DNA of 59,802 bases, the filler included, from Diploschistes diacapsis (taxonomy: Eukaryota), in the NCBI GenBank assembly GCA_023645945.1. It is 10 parts of 10 records of this genome, joined end to end, with 100 filler letters (N's around TTAATTAATTAA, not from the genome) between each part and the next. Parts side by side here need not be neighbours in the genome. Positions count along the whole stretch, not along the records: positions 12,061 to 17,979 come from JALAIB010001464.1; positions 18,080 to 23,975 come from JALAIB010001465.1; positions 24,076 to 29,969 come from JALAIB010001466.1; 7 more parts are not named here. One strand, given 5' to 3'. The position numbers were made by a program, and so were the translations under genes. The notes under the pieces were generated by a model. The model ran no database searches. It saw only the letters and a program-made list of their open reading frames with translations, and had not been told where the DNA came from. Shown one piece after another: positions 14,907 through 27,110 of this stretch. Positions within the stretch are counted from its first letter, which is position 1; each line of letters begins with the position of its first letter.

Positions 14907-15993
14907 TTACGTGGCAAAAGTGGAAAGAGCTACAGACACATTGATTATGGTATACAACAGAAGTATGACCGAAACGCTAGATTTACAGCAGGCCAAATAC
15001 ATAGCACGAGATGGCCTTCCTTCGCACCAGTTTCTATCATTTCCTGCCCGCCAGCTTCGCTGCCTTTTCTTGGACGGTTGGTCTTCAGTAGTGATCGAAG
15101 TAGCAGGTGTTGATGAGACCGTACTACGAGCTCGAGATTTCCTCCACTGCTCTGGGAAAGGGAAAAGTGTTGCAAGAGTATTCCGGATCAGTGTCTGGCG
15201 CCTACCAAGACCATCGTCCAGAATATTCTTTACGGTGTTGCGGCAGTCTTGGACGTCTGTTGAATCCGTGGGCGTGTAGGACTTGATAAAGGACATGTAG
15301 CAGGCGTGACCCTGTCCAGAATAATAATAATGAATGTAAACAATAACCTGCCTTGCAGTCATAGCAATCGTAAAGGCTATCGTATCAGTCATCACGGAGG
15401 CTTGGGAGGGAGAAGCCTGCTCGAGTAGCCATTGCATTGCGCCAACGCTATGCGTACCGCTGCCTGCAGCTTGATTTTCGGCTTGCCATAGTGTTCCACC
15501 AGTGGCTTCCCATTTGATCTCGACTGCCAGGAACGGGAACCGATTGCCTATCGCTGGTTGAGCATATTTGATGGCGGCTCGATGATCCACGACAGCGCAT
15601 TCTCTCCGCGTCCACTCTGTTCTTTGGCCACAAGGGTATCCGTAGTGGGAGTCCGGTTTTGGAGCAGAAAGAGCATGTGGATAGTCAGGATTGGTGGGCA
15701 GCGCATCCACATTCCATTGGCTATTGCCGCCCGATCCAATATCATGCATGTCGGGGCCTTCCGTAGAGGGTCTCCGGCAATCTAGGTCTGAAGAGATGCT
15801 CGCTGTACGTGGCAGTCTCCTTGATGCCGGTAAGCTGCGATGGAGCACTTCTTGGGCGAATTGGGGAACCTAGGGGCACTCCGTAGAGCCAGTCGCGGAT
15901 TTGCGGACTATCAGGCGGACGATCAGGGTCGAGGACTCGAAGCTTTCGTTTGAGACGCTGTACAGGCGCTGGAGACTGAATATCGAGAACCAT
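14907..15993 (-). pseudogene. Disrupted PD-(D/E)XK-like fungal protein (DUF7924-type)
   Basis: N-terminal ORF (ATG 15993, RLKRKL..IRDWL..RPRSAP) is out of frame with the core PKPDSHYGYP...FPFLAVEIK..GGTLWQAENQAAGSG...CRNTVKNILD. I see no convincing intron between them, and the spacer is shorter than I expect for the family. Confidence 0.6.
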
Positions 15994-16778
15994 AGCGATC
16001 TGAGATTAACGATTCAGGGGTTTAGTGCTAACAGAAACAAAAAATAACCTTGGAAGGGTCCCCCCTGCTTCAGAACTTTTGTAGCGCGGCTATTTAATTA
16101 CGACGGGCTCGAAAAGCCTCAACCACTTATACAATAGAATCTGCTATATATTATGCGGTACCTTCAAGCCTCTAAGGCGGAATCTTGATGTACCAACATA
16201 GGAAGTCTTCATGTATGCCTCAGTCTCGCCGAGCGTGCGAAACCTAAATCATTACAAAAGAACACACGTTAACCCGCTAAGTTAGAAAAATCCAGCCCTA
16301 CAAGCGCTAACAGAGTATATGCCTATGAGTATGAGTCTTGCATTAAAAACACCCTTGAAAAAGCAAGAAGAGGAAAGAAAACCATATACAAACAGATTTC
16401 AAGTGCCTGCTTTGGATTCCCAATCAACGTCTGCAAGCGCATTCCGTTCTCGCTATCATAAATGACTATGCCGCTCTAGGCGTCATTTGGAGATACAGAC
16501 CCTCAAAAACGGAATTTCACCCTTCCTCGGAGTGGATGGCAAATCACACAGCTCAGAGAATGTAGAGTATAGGCTTTCAGACGCGATCTAGCTCCACTGC
16601 TTCTGATAAACGATGCTGCGGTAGGTATCAGCTCCTCATACAATATAATGAGATATGTAGAGGCTCTTCGAATATCGATTTCTTCAATGTCTTTATGTTG
16701 TTTTTCTATGTGTTGGTACTGCAAGCGTTGACTATTTTAAGTCGGCTGCTTGCTTATGTCCCCTCTAGCGATGGCCGA

Positions 16779-17979
16779 ATGGTTGTCTAAGGGGTGGAGA
16801 AGCACCTGGACGAAAACCACAACCCATTCGCCTCGCTCGACGACCGAAAGAGTTCGGTAGTAGGCAACAGCGATATTATTTCCGTTGAGTCCACAAAGAA
16901 CGCAGATGAGGCTCTCTTTTTCCAAGAGAACCATCCTCAAGCAGCAGAGATGCGGCAGAGCGTAACGCAATCCTAGAAGATGAAAAGCGAGTGAGGAAGC
17001 TTACCTGAAAAGCTGATCTCACCATTGCGCCTCTGCTAGCGGCAGTTTAATCTCTTCAATACCTCGACAAGATCACGCTGTCATACCCCAGTCATGGGCA
17101 TCCGCCAAGATACCTACCTCATAGGCCAAGGATACAGCAACCTCTCCATGCTTTTCTTATTGATCAGCCCCAAAACCTCTCCAGGTACCTCTCGCTCCAA
17201 TCACCAACGAAACACCTCAGGCTCCTTAACCGCCGAGTTTCCAACCCAGTACCAAGCCCAGCACCTCTCCCGACTCTCTCTCTCTCTCTCTCTCGGCATC
17301 GCCATAATCCTCTGGGCATCACGCCAACCCTACATGCCATCTGCACCACCTTCACCTCCTTCTCCATCGTGTGTGCCCTCCTCAGCATCTTCGAATCCTG
17401 CGCCGCCCCGATCCTTGTCCTGATAATCGCCGCGTGGTACCAGAAATTCGGGTAAGGCCGACGCATATGCCGGTTCCGTGCCTGCAAATCGCTTACGCAG
17501 ATAATCGGCCTCCTCCTCATCATCACCACTGTGCTCCCCTGCATCCTGTCCACCATTTTCAGCGCGGGCCTTATCACCGGCATCAATCCTGGCGGGATAC
17601 CCAGCAACAAGGCCGGCTTACTAGGCGCGAGTTTCTTAGCGGGTACCGTTGGTGTGGCGTTTATGTGGCTGCTGGCGTGGAACGCGTCGAATGTTGCGGG
17701 CTGCGGTAGGAAATTGACGGCGAACGCGATAACGCTCATGGCGCTAGTTTGCGGTAGGGAATGTTGTGGGCGCGCAGGCAGACATTTCGTAGTGTGCAGG
17801 CGCTCGGGTATACTTTGGGAGATGGTGAGTATTGTGGCGAGGGCTGGAGGTGCTGGGTTGAGGTGGAATGGTGGGCTGAATCGGGGGAAGGATGGTGGTT
17901 TGAGGGAGATGAGGGTGCAGGAGAGGGAGAGGGAGGAGGGGAGGGAGAGGGCGGCGCTTGCGGATTTGTTGGGTGGGGA
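16779..17979 (+). pseudogene. Dal5/allantoate-permease-type MFS transporter pseudogene
   Basis: Cross-frame translation: RKLT*KADLTIAPLLAAV*SLQYLDKITLSY/VMGIRQDTYLIGQGYSNLSMLF...AEFPTQY...IFESCAAPILVLIIAAWYQKFG*GRR...WNASNVAGCGRKLTANA. At least four in-frame stops plus several frameshifts. Confidence 0.88.
17274..17294. repeat. (CT)n microsatellite inside the permease pseudogene
   Basis: Read directly from the sequence. Confidence 0.9.
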
Positions 17980-18079
17980 NNNNNNNNNNNNNNNNNNNNN
18001 NNNNNNNNNNNNNNNNNNNNNNNTTAATTAATTAANNNNNNNNNNNNNNNNNNNNNNNNNNNNNNNNNNNNNNNNNNNN
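17980..18079. other. Artificial contig linker
   Basis: N44-TTAATTAATTAA-N44. Confidence 0.99.
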
Positions 18080-18186
18080 CCTACGTCCCACCCCTTCCAC
18101 GGCCGCTATGAAGACCCCCCAAAAAACCCCGAGGGAAACACCAACCATACCCCGCTCTCGCGCGCTGAGCAGAGCAGGTCGCATCA

Positions 18187-21173
18187 TTACTCGCATTTCT
18201 TGTGCTCTGCCCACAGCGGCGCCACCGTCTCCACCGCCCTATCCACCACCGCCTTGACTCTTTGTGCGAACACCGGCGACGCGCTCTCCACCTCCAGGCT
18301 TTCCATCCAGATCTTCGCCACATACTTGTCCACCCGGATTTCGATGCCCGGCACAGGTATGCCTATGCTGTGTAACCTGCTGAGCTCCGCCGCCTCCAGT
18401 TGCGCCATCGTTTCTTCGTCCAGCTCCTCTGCTGCTTCTTTCGTCGGCTTTTGCTTGACGCCATTCGTTTGGGACTTGGGCTGATTGCCATCTAATACCA
18501 GATTGGACATTTTCGGTTTCGCAATAGGTGATATCGACTGCCCAAACTGGGCCTCGAGAAACATGCATAGTCGCTCGAAGCGCTCTTGCGGCGTGATGTT
18601 GGCGTGAGGATTCCGTTCGTAGTGCGCGTCGTCGTGAGAATGGTCGTGCGAATGGTCATGAGGATGGTTCTTTGACGATTCTGCGGCGTGGTCAGTATGC
18701 TTTACGCTATGTCAAAAAAAAAAAGCCTCTTACGCTTGACTGCTGCTGGACTCGTCTCGACGGTGAACAAGACGGCAAGAACTGCATCTGCAATTCCGTC
18801 GTTAAGGACGTTGCCCTCCCACTGAACCGTAACCTCACCGTTGTTCTTATAATGGACTTCGACGCAGCCCATTATTAAATAGGTAACGGAACGAGAGTCT
18901 CTCTGGATTTCTTCATCAGCCGGCTCGTCGTGTACGCCGTTTCCATTGGTCATGGAGTTGCCATTGCCGTTTGTGTGTGGCTCAGCACCCTTGAACTCCT
19001 CTATCGATCCAAACGTTCCTTCGAGAGCCCATCGTATCAGCGCAAGGCCAGCAGAGCTCAAGGTAAGGCGCTGCTTGCACATAATTGTAGTTGTTGTCAA
19101 ACCTGCATACTCTCGCAGATCCTCAGGCGCCATTAACGAAAGCTTGAAGTCGTTTTGCACGAGAACGCCGGATATCAGCTGATCATCAGCCACAGTATCG
19201 ACCTTTGGCGGGTTGATTTGCGCAAGCTTTCCAACAACTTTTGCAGTCTTGTCAGCTCTGAAAGGGATTCGGAGTTCCTCGGTGTTTGCGGGGCTGTAGA
19301 TCTTGGTTTCGAGGGTTTTATTTGCGTTCAAAGAGAGCAGCTTTGACTTCAGCCGCATCATGTTGTGTTTCTCTCCATGGACAAGGATCTACTACTATTA
19401 GCCATCACGTGTTGATGCAATCCCGACTTTTCACTCACGACAACAGGCGCAGCAGTCCCTTCAATGAAAGCTTGGTTCTCTGGACCATCGACGTGCGCCG
19501 CAAAGCTGTATTCAGTAACACTGCACTTTCTTGGTATCATGGGCTTCTCTTCCTCGTTTCCCCCTAGTCTTGCGCTTCGAGATAGAGCTGCCGTTCGGTT
19601 GCCCATGATGGCGGGGATGGTGTCGGGCTCTTTCAAGATTTGCTTCCCCATAGTTCCTTCCACGCTGTAGCCAGTCATGACCACCCCATTCCTCTCATTT
19701 GGTGCCCACCTTTCAAGAAGCTCGCGACTGACACCACTTTGGAGCATACCTGGACTCGCGAGCACGATACAGCCCCCCGAGTCATCAAATCTCTCGAGAT
19801 TCTTCAAGCTTCGAACGTATCGGAAGTCCCACGGCCCCGACCCGCTCGCGGCTCCCGCTTGTTCTGATGCGGCCATACGCTCTTGAAATATCCGCTTGAT
19901 GTTGTTATTCATCGATCCTAGGTAAGCCTGGTAGACACTCATGCACTTCCTGGCCAGGTTAGATGCGTAGAATATTGGTATCTTTTGGTACTCCGGATGC
20001 CGGAACCAATACTCGTCGAGGATCAGGAGCAGTTCCTGAGCACGGCCGAGTGCAAAGACGGGCATCAAAACCCTGCCACCTCTATTCAGTACGCCCGTGA
20101 TCGTCTTCATCATTGCCGCTTCGCGCTCCAGCCTGGGAACATGCGACGCTATTCCAAAGGTGCTCTCTGTTATCAACACATCAACCTTCACGGTGCTCGG
20201 TACCTCTGCGGAAATCAAATGACGGTCTTCTTCTCGTGAGTAATCTCCCGTAAACAAAACCTTCAGGCCAGCTATCTCAATTAAGAACATTGCTGCGCCC
20301 AAGACGTGGCCAGCAGGGTAAGGAGTAATGCGAATGGACGAGATGGTGTGGGTAGTGTAATAGTCTATTGCTTCGATCCGTGGAAATGTAGTGAAATGGT
20401 CGGCCTCGGTGTAGAGCTGCGTAGGCTGATCTGAAGATGAAGACGTGTTGCCTACTCGTACACTATCCTGCATCAACCACTTGTAGATCGCTTTGGTGGC
20501 GTGGGTCATGAAAACCCGCCCTCGGAAGTTGGTCTTTGACAGAACGTAAGGTAGGGCGGCTGCATGGTCAAGATGGAAACTAGAGCACAAATTAGCTTTG
20601 TCGAGAGTTTGGTCATATTTGCAAGGGAGGTTCGAGATGATGTAGGGCAGATCATTGCTACGGGAGCTCGATATCACGGTAGGCAGCAAGACAAGGCAAG
20701 TGGGAAGAAGAACATTTCATTATCTGTCGTACATGACTTGCTAGTAAACGAGATCGTCTGTGCAAATAAGTGCGTACGATTGCTGAGGCGGCCATCACCA
20801 ATTAAATATTGAAAACAAAGTATCCCTTTCGACCTTACCAACGCTCTTGAATTCCGAATAGAAAGGCACCTACTGGCTGATAAGCAGCACGTCCACAGTG
20901 CTTAGATCGAACTCGTCGAAGTAGGGAAGCGCTGCAAAGCCTTTGTATGCGGGGTGCATACCAGCGTCTAGCTAGGACAGGCAGTCAGTCATTTGTAAGA
21001 CCGCACTGAGAGAAGAAGCGTACCATTACAGTTTTCCCCTTGTACTGGATGATGTGACATGATCTACCGACTTCGTTGCCACCACCTAAGCAAAGAAACA
21101 TGAGTTCATCGGAAGGATCAAGTGGCTCTTCAGCCTCCGCAGAGACTGAAGATAGCTTGCGCTTGTGCGCCAT
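18187..21173 (-). CDS. YSH1: Cleavage/polyadenylation endoribonuclease Ysh1/CPSF73
   Basis: LGGGNEVGRSC, LDAGMHP, LISH|FHLDH, AGHVLGAAMF, FTGDYS, ESTFG, FALGRAQE, ASPGML, FAAHVD, LVHGE, and CPSF73-C domain. Introns at 20972-21023, 20580-20873, 19389-19438 and 18681-18733. Confidence 0.97.
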
Positions 21174-21677
21174 CCCTAGCGACAACTGTGTATGAGAATA
21201 TTCTCGAGCTGTTGCTGAGTATTATGATGATGGATATGCCGAAGTGTTCTCCATAACTCCTCAAGAACTTTGTTGAATTGAGACAGAGTCGATAACAGTC
21301 CTGTACCTCTGTAGAGACAGCAAAGACTTCAAGAATGAGACTTTTGTCTTCAACTGGATGAGGAAGGGATGTGCTCGAAGAGGCTCAAATTAAACCCGAA
21401 CACGTGATTCAGCCTTACAGGGGAATGCGGACATGATGAGCAAACTTCGTTGACTCTTCATCACCACCCATAGTAGCTGCCCACAATTACTATCGACATG
21501 AGCGCCATCACATCTCTATCGTGCAGGTTCTTTCGAACTCGATATTGAACTGCAGCATCAATTGTCTTGAATGGGCCAAAAACTCGAGGACCGGCTGGCG
21601 CATACCCGGAGCTGCGCTCTTGCGCTAGCTCATAGGCTGAGAGATCACGATAGCGCTCTCTCCTAGCCATCGTCGCC

Positions 21678-23466
21678 ATGGCTCACTCACCTCAGCAGTA
21701 TCACAACTACCCCCCATACATCTCTCCGAACTCACCTACAATCAACTATCCTCCACCAGAACCGTACCATCCTGCGAAGAAACCTAGGCTATCCGGCGCA
21801 CAAATTTCACCGCAGTCTTCGCCTCACTTGACAAATGGCATGTTACCGAACCCGAGCTTCTACTCATCTTCGGCGCCTCATATGAATGGCGTTCCCCGAC
21901 AAAGCTCGCCTCCATCGGCGCAGCAGTCTCCAGTTGTGGGTACAATGGGACCTCCAAATCGACCGGTTCAAGAGAAGGAAAAGGCGGTTGATGTCAATGA
22001 GCTGGGTGATGTGATGGCATCTTCAGGCGTGGACTTGAAGGAACAAGAGGCACTTTTGCTTGGTGGACTTGCTAGAGCTGGACAGCAAGGAGATTCGTTT
22101 GGGTCCGGGCCAAACTCTTCTTTCAATTCGCTTTACTCTACCAGTCAACCGGGGTATTTCGATCATCACAGCTACGGGTACAACACCTTATCTCAGAATG
22201 CGCCTGGCGACCGGGGGAGCTTCTATGGGGCGGGAACGCTCAACCAGCGAACCGTCACTCCAGAAGAGTTTGATGAACAAGCTTTACGCGCGGAAAAGAG
22301 GGCTATTCGGAGGCGTAACGAGATCAAGCAGCACCATCTCAACGATCCTTTCCTACAGGCCGGTCTGGTTTCGGAGAAGCTTAAAAGCCGATGCAACAAC
22401 ATTGGGATACAGCTCGAGAAACCTCGCATTGTAGGGCCAAATACCAGTTTGGGTGCCAATGCGACCAGTCAAATCAACATAGCGGGGCCCGATAATCACC
22501 CAAAGCTCGCAGTTCTCAAAGGAAAACATTTAGTGGCTCCACCTGGCAACCTTGCGGAAATCCTCACCCTACTTTCGCTCAGTTGCAAAGATCGTATTCG
22601 TGGGCTACTGGAAGACTCTGCGACCTTTGCAAAAGGCCGGCGTTCCACATCCGGTGGAGTCGTCCCTCCAGAGTTTGTCAGTATGGCCACTGGAGCAGGA
22701 AAAGCCGAAGAAGCTACTTTCAAGGCAACTTCTTCGGCCTCCTCGCTTAAGCGTATGCACAAAGCTGCAGAATCTGCGTTGGACTTTGCTGACTATTCCA
22801 GGACCTTTCTCCGTCATGAACGGTGATATGCTTCCCACGTCCGAGACTAACTCTTCGCAGTCTGTGAAGACTATCGCTTTTCCTAGCAAGGACGGGAAAG
22901 TCCTCTCCGAGGTCGCAGGCACAGAGCGTAGCTTGGAGGCCAAGCGAGAAGCGAGACGAAAGGAGCGTGCCGTTAACGGTGACAGCGGCCGAGCTGGCTC
23001 AATGGGTCCCGGGGCTCCAGGCAGCCTGGGCGACAAGGACGCGGATGGGACCCAGAAAAAGCCCTTGAGTAAGAAAGAGCTCAAGAAGCAAGAGAACAGC
23101 AAGGCGACCGAGGCACAACAGCATGCCGCGACTAATACCGCAGCCAGTCTGGCCCTAGGGGGGGGGCGTTCGGGACCAACGTGGCTCAAAGGTAGCGGAG
23201 GTACCAAATCTTGGATGACCTCGAAGTCATCTGTCAATACGAGCTTTGCGCCAATGGCAAAGAGGGAGTCTGTTGCCCCAACCAAAGCTGTCGCTGGCGC
23301 TACTGCCCCTGTCAAGGTTGGTAGAACCTTTGGAGATTTTCGGGAAGACGGAGTGGAGGGATCGGGCATACAGCTACGTGACGTTCTCGTGGCCATGGAG
23401 CTCGATATCAAGGAGAAACGTGCATTGGCACGCGCATACGGGAAGGTCAACAGCACAAAGGAGTGA
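21678..23466 (+). CDS. TAF4: TFIID subunit TAF4
   Basis: ELGDVMASSGVDLKEQE, SFYGAG, HLNDPFL, LLSLSCKDRIRGLLED (histone fold), AATNTAASLALGG..SWM, IQLRDVLVAME. Intron 22753-22801 joins the two ORF-track frames. Confidence 0.88.
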
Positions 23467-23937
23467 TGTGTATCTGCCTGACTTTACAAAATCAGTGTGT
23501 GGTAATGCGTCGGGAACAGTACGGTTTAGCAAGGCGTTGGTGGTCACTTGCGTCTTTCGGACAAAGGTTGCATTTTTAGGTATCGATTGGGACACGGGAT
23601 GTGCAATAGGCTGTCCTTTACTTCATGAACAGAACGTTGCGAGCATGCCTAGTTTGGTGATGCTGTATTTTATCGAATTTACGAGGTCGAGAAACGAGAA
23701 TCGTTGAGTCGCACAAGTAATAAACCCGATCACGCCGCTTTCTTTGGAGTCCGCACAATTCTGCGCTTTGCGATCCGCCCACCATCCTTATCCTGCCCCC
23801 TCCAAATTATCGCCATTTCCGTTGCACACTCCCAACCCATCCAACGTTCCCCACCCTCACTGATCTCCATCAACAAACGAAACCCAGCACCGCACCCCCC
23901 TCCCTCAAGCTTCTTTCCCCCAAACCCCAGCCACACA

Positions 23938-23975
23938 ATGTCCCGCCAACCCCGCGTCGAGGAGCTCTCCTCCTC
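23938..23975 (+). CDS. 5' stub of a gene, possibly SRP19/Sec65
   Basis: ATG in good context (CACAATG) after a C/T-rich leader. MSRQPRVEELSS resembles the PRxEE start of fungal Sec65, but only 12 codons are present. Confidence 0.35.
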
Positions 23976-24075
23976 NNNNNNNNNNNNNNNNNNNNNNNNN
24001 NNNNNNNNNNNNNNNNNNNTTAATTAATTAANNNNNNNNNNNNNNNNNNNNNNNNNNNNNNNNNNNNNNNNNNNN
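23976..24075. other. Artificial contig linker
   Basis: N44-TTAATTAATTAA-N44. Confidence 0.99.
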
Positions 24076-24783
24076 GAAGAATCGAGAGGGGATTCAAAAG
24101 GGGGGGGGAGAGGGAACGGATGGGATTTGGGAGACGGACGTTGCCCATTGCTAGCCTGTCGCGCGCGGGAGAAGCAAGACTTGTTAGCTCCGAGTTCCGA
24201 CGGAAGCGGGGCCAGGGATAGAAAAGCGGATGGGAAGGAGCGACGAATAAAAGAAGTGACTGGAGCGAGAGAGAGACGTACATGGCCCGATCAAAAAACA
24301 TGAGCACCCCGGCGGAGAGGAAGAAGCCGCCTGCAGCACCCCGGCAGCGCGCCGAATCGTCAGCCAACCTTGTTTCCTATCCAGTACACGCTTTCTCTCT
24401 CCTGCGCGTCTGTCTCTGGCGCCGATGCTTTTTCTCTCCTGCTCTTGCGGTTTGTTTGCTTCGCACATATCCACCACATGCTATTGCCTCCCCAAAAACG
24501 TTCGGGTTCTGGCTCTGCACGGGAACGAAGATGCGCTGCTTCTTCGACCGGTGGGAAGAGGAAGGGGTAAAGAAAGGGGGAAGGAGGTTCGGAAGCGTAG
24601 GTGAAGCGCGAGGGCCAGGTCCAAGAAAGGAGGAGGAGGGGAGGAAAGGAAGGGAAGGAGGGGGCGCGTACCTACCGCCCGAGCAGAACGCGACGCCTAC
24701 TTCTGCACTTCCTCATCAGCTCCTGGATTACAATGCGACGAAGGCCACTTACTCTGCGCATCCGTCAACCACATAGTCGGCAT
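24076..24783 (-). CDS. GOT1: Golgi transport protein Got1, 5' part
   Basis: Four short exons splice to [41 protein letters not shown]. Intron 2 is 24331-24675; the contig ends inside intron 4. Confidence 0.92.
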
Positions 24784-24993
24784 GTTGGCGCTTGTGCGTG
24801 AGCTCTGTGGAGCTCGCTATCAGATATCGGTTGTTGCGGAGACGGGGACTTGTTCAAAGGTGCAAGGTAGGAAGATCGATAATTGGTTTCAGGTGAGGTG
24901 TTTTGTTGCGCAAGTAGCCATCCTATAGACCAGGATGATGGATTTGTGCTCTTAGGCAGCGCTTTGGTGCTGTGCTCTGACAACGTCGATACC

Positions 24994-25017
24994 TGAGCTT
25001 GAGCTTGAGCTTGAGCT
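24994..25017. repeat. (TGAGCT)4 tandem repeat upstream of GOT1
   Basis: Read directly from the sequence. Confidence 0.9.
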
Positions 25018-25333
25018 CTGGCTACGTGGTGAGAAGTTCTCTTTTTTTTTTCGCGGCTGCGGGTCGGAGCTCTTTCCGTCACGTCAAGGCATGAGCCGTG
25101 GGGTGATGCTTCATACCGATTAGTGCCAGGTCTACGATTCTCGGTTCAACATGCAGGAAACCGAGAAGCTGTAAGGATAGAGAAAGCTTAGAACGGAAAG
25201 TAATATTCAATCAATTGATTCTTTCCTCGGTTGAGATGAGTGGGATAGCTTAGAACGGCAGCATTCTTACGCGAAATAATGACTGCCCCTTCATCTCAAG
25301 GAACCCTTCTCTCAGCTCGCAGAGGGGCGTGTG

Positions 25334-27110
25334 TTATACTTTTTCTCCACTTGGAGTCCCTATATCGCCAGCACTAGCCCTCCTCTCCTCTATCACTTCC
25401 CTTCTCTCTTCCCTAGCAGCACCCTTCTTCTCCAAAAAGAAGTTTTGCTCGTGTCGCGCTTTCTTCAGGTCCACGAACCACCACAGACCAATGAGACTCA
25501 CCAGGCTCAGCGCAAACAAGAAGTAGAATGGCGCAGAGTTGTTCCCATCGGGCGTCGCATCAATGATTGCGCTCGACACCAGCGGCCCGATGAAGCTCGA
25601 CGTCTTTCCAATGATGCTGAACAGCGAGAAAAAGAAAAATTCATGGCCTTTAGGCGTGACTTCGCTGATCATGATCTGCGAGTACGAGTACCAGGGACAA
25701 ACGAAAAGACCGTAGAAGACCTGGTAGACCCACACTTCCCAGACGTTCTTGAAACCAAAGTTGTTCGTCCAGTTGCCGATCATGCCCCAGCCGTCAAGCA
25801 GGACGATGCCGATCATGACAGCGTTGAACATAGTCTTAGTGTTGAGCGTGAAGCGCTTCTGGATCCACCAGAAACCGCCAATGCCAATCGCTTGGGCAGT
25901 GATGCCGACTATCAACACGTAGGTGAGTGTTAGTGTGTCGTAGGAGACAAGGGTGTTTTGCAGCGTAGCGATTACGGTGACTGTCGTATTGAGGGAATCG
26001 CCGAGGAGGAAATAGCCGATCAGATAGATCAGACTCTGCTTGAGCTGCCAGATCTGGCCGAGGGCTTGGTGAAGTTGCCAAAAGCCAGCGGTGAAACTGC
26101 AGCTGTTATCAGCACGTATGTGATGTTTGAAAAAGCATGCTTGTTCATGAACTCACAGGTTCTTGCCCGGCGGCACACTCTCCCCCGGCCTTCTTTTCTC
26201 CAGCACAAACCACGGAATCGCCAACAGCACCCATACCCCTGTCGCAAAGGCAATCAGCACGCTCAGCCCCCAGTTATTCGCCTCTACGCTCGCATTCACA
26301 TTGACACCAAATAAGACCCCCACGATCAGCGCCAAAATCACGATCTCCCCTAGACTCTGCACGTAAAACCCTACATTCTGCAGCCTGTTCCTCTGCAGCA
26401 TCTCCACGACCTCGTACTTTTCCCTCTCTATAGCTCCTGTCATGTACTCCTCAGCCTTCTGCCTCACCTCCGCCGTGTTCCGCGCTAGCCCCGGAAAAGC
26501 CGCCGTCCAGAAGGTCAGGCACATCTGATAGGCGATCAAGCCGACAATGTACATGCCAGTCGCGATCTGCCATTTGCTCGCATCGTGGATGCCGAGCCAA
26601 CCGAAGCCGATGGCGAAGGCGATGATGCTCCAGCAGACGAGGATCCAGGGGCGCCCAGTGCCGAAGTCGGCATAGGAGCCGATAAGGAGGAAGAGCACAA
26701 TTTGGATGGCGAAGCTGATACCGTTACTAAGCAGGACGATGCTAGTTATCGTTCGGTCGGCGCCAGCAAAGAACAGAGTCGGGGAAGAGCCGGCGGCTTG
26801 GGAGAGAAGGTTTTGGAAGGCGGTTGGGGCGAAGTTGAAGAGAGTTAGGCCATTGTTGCCGACTATGGGTAAGGGTTGGTTAGAGGACGGTGACAGGGAG
26901 ATAATCGGTAAATGAGGTACTGTAGTAGGTGTAGTAGGCCCAGATCTCCCAACGCGATGTCCTCCATTCCGCATCGAATTGGTTGCGGTCGACGAGATGG
27001 TTTTGTTCCGGTGCTACCGGCTCCCCAACTACAAGCTCTTTATCCGCACGTGTAGCTGCTGGGAGGTCTTCGGCCTTGGATACTATGGCGCCAGCATTTT
27101 TGGATGCCAT
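25334..27110 (-). CDS. Atg22-family vacuolar MFS efflux transporter
   Basis: TSRWEIWAYYTYYIGNNG, IGSYADFG, FWTAAFPGLARN, EKRRPG, YFLLGDSLNTT, SEVTPKGHEFFFFSLFSIIGKTSSFIGP. Introns at 26863-26920 and 26097-26156. Confidence 0.9.
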
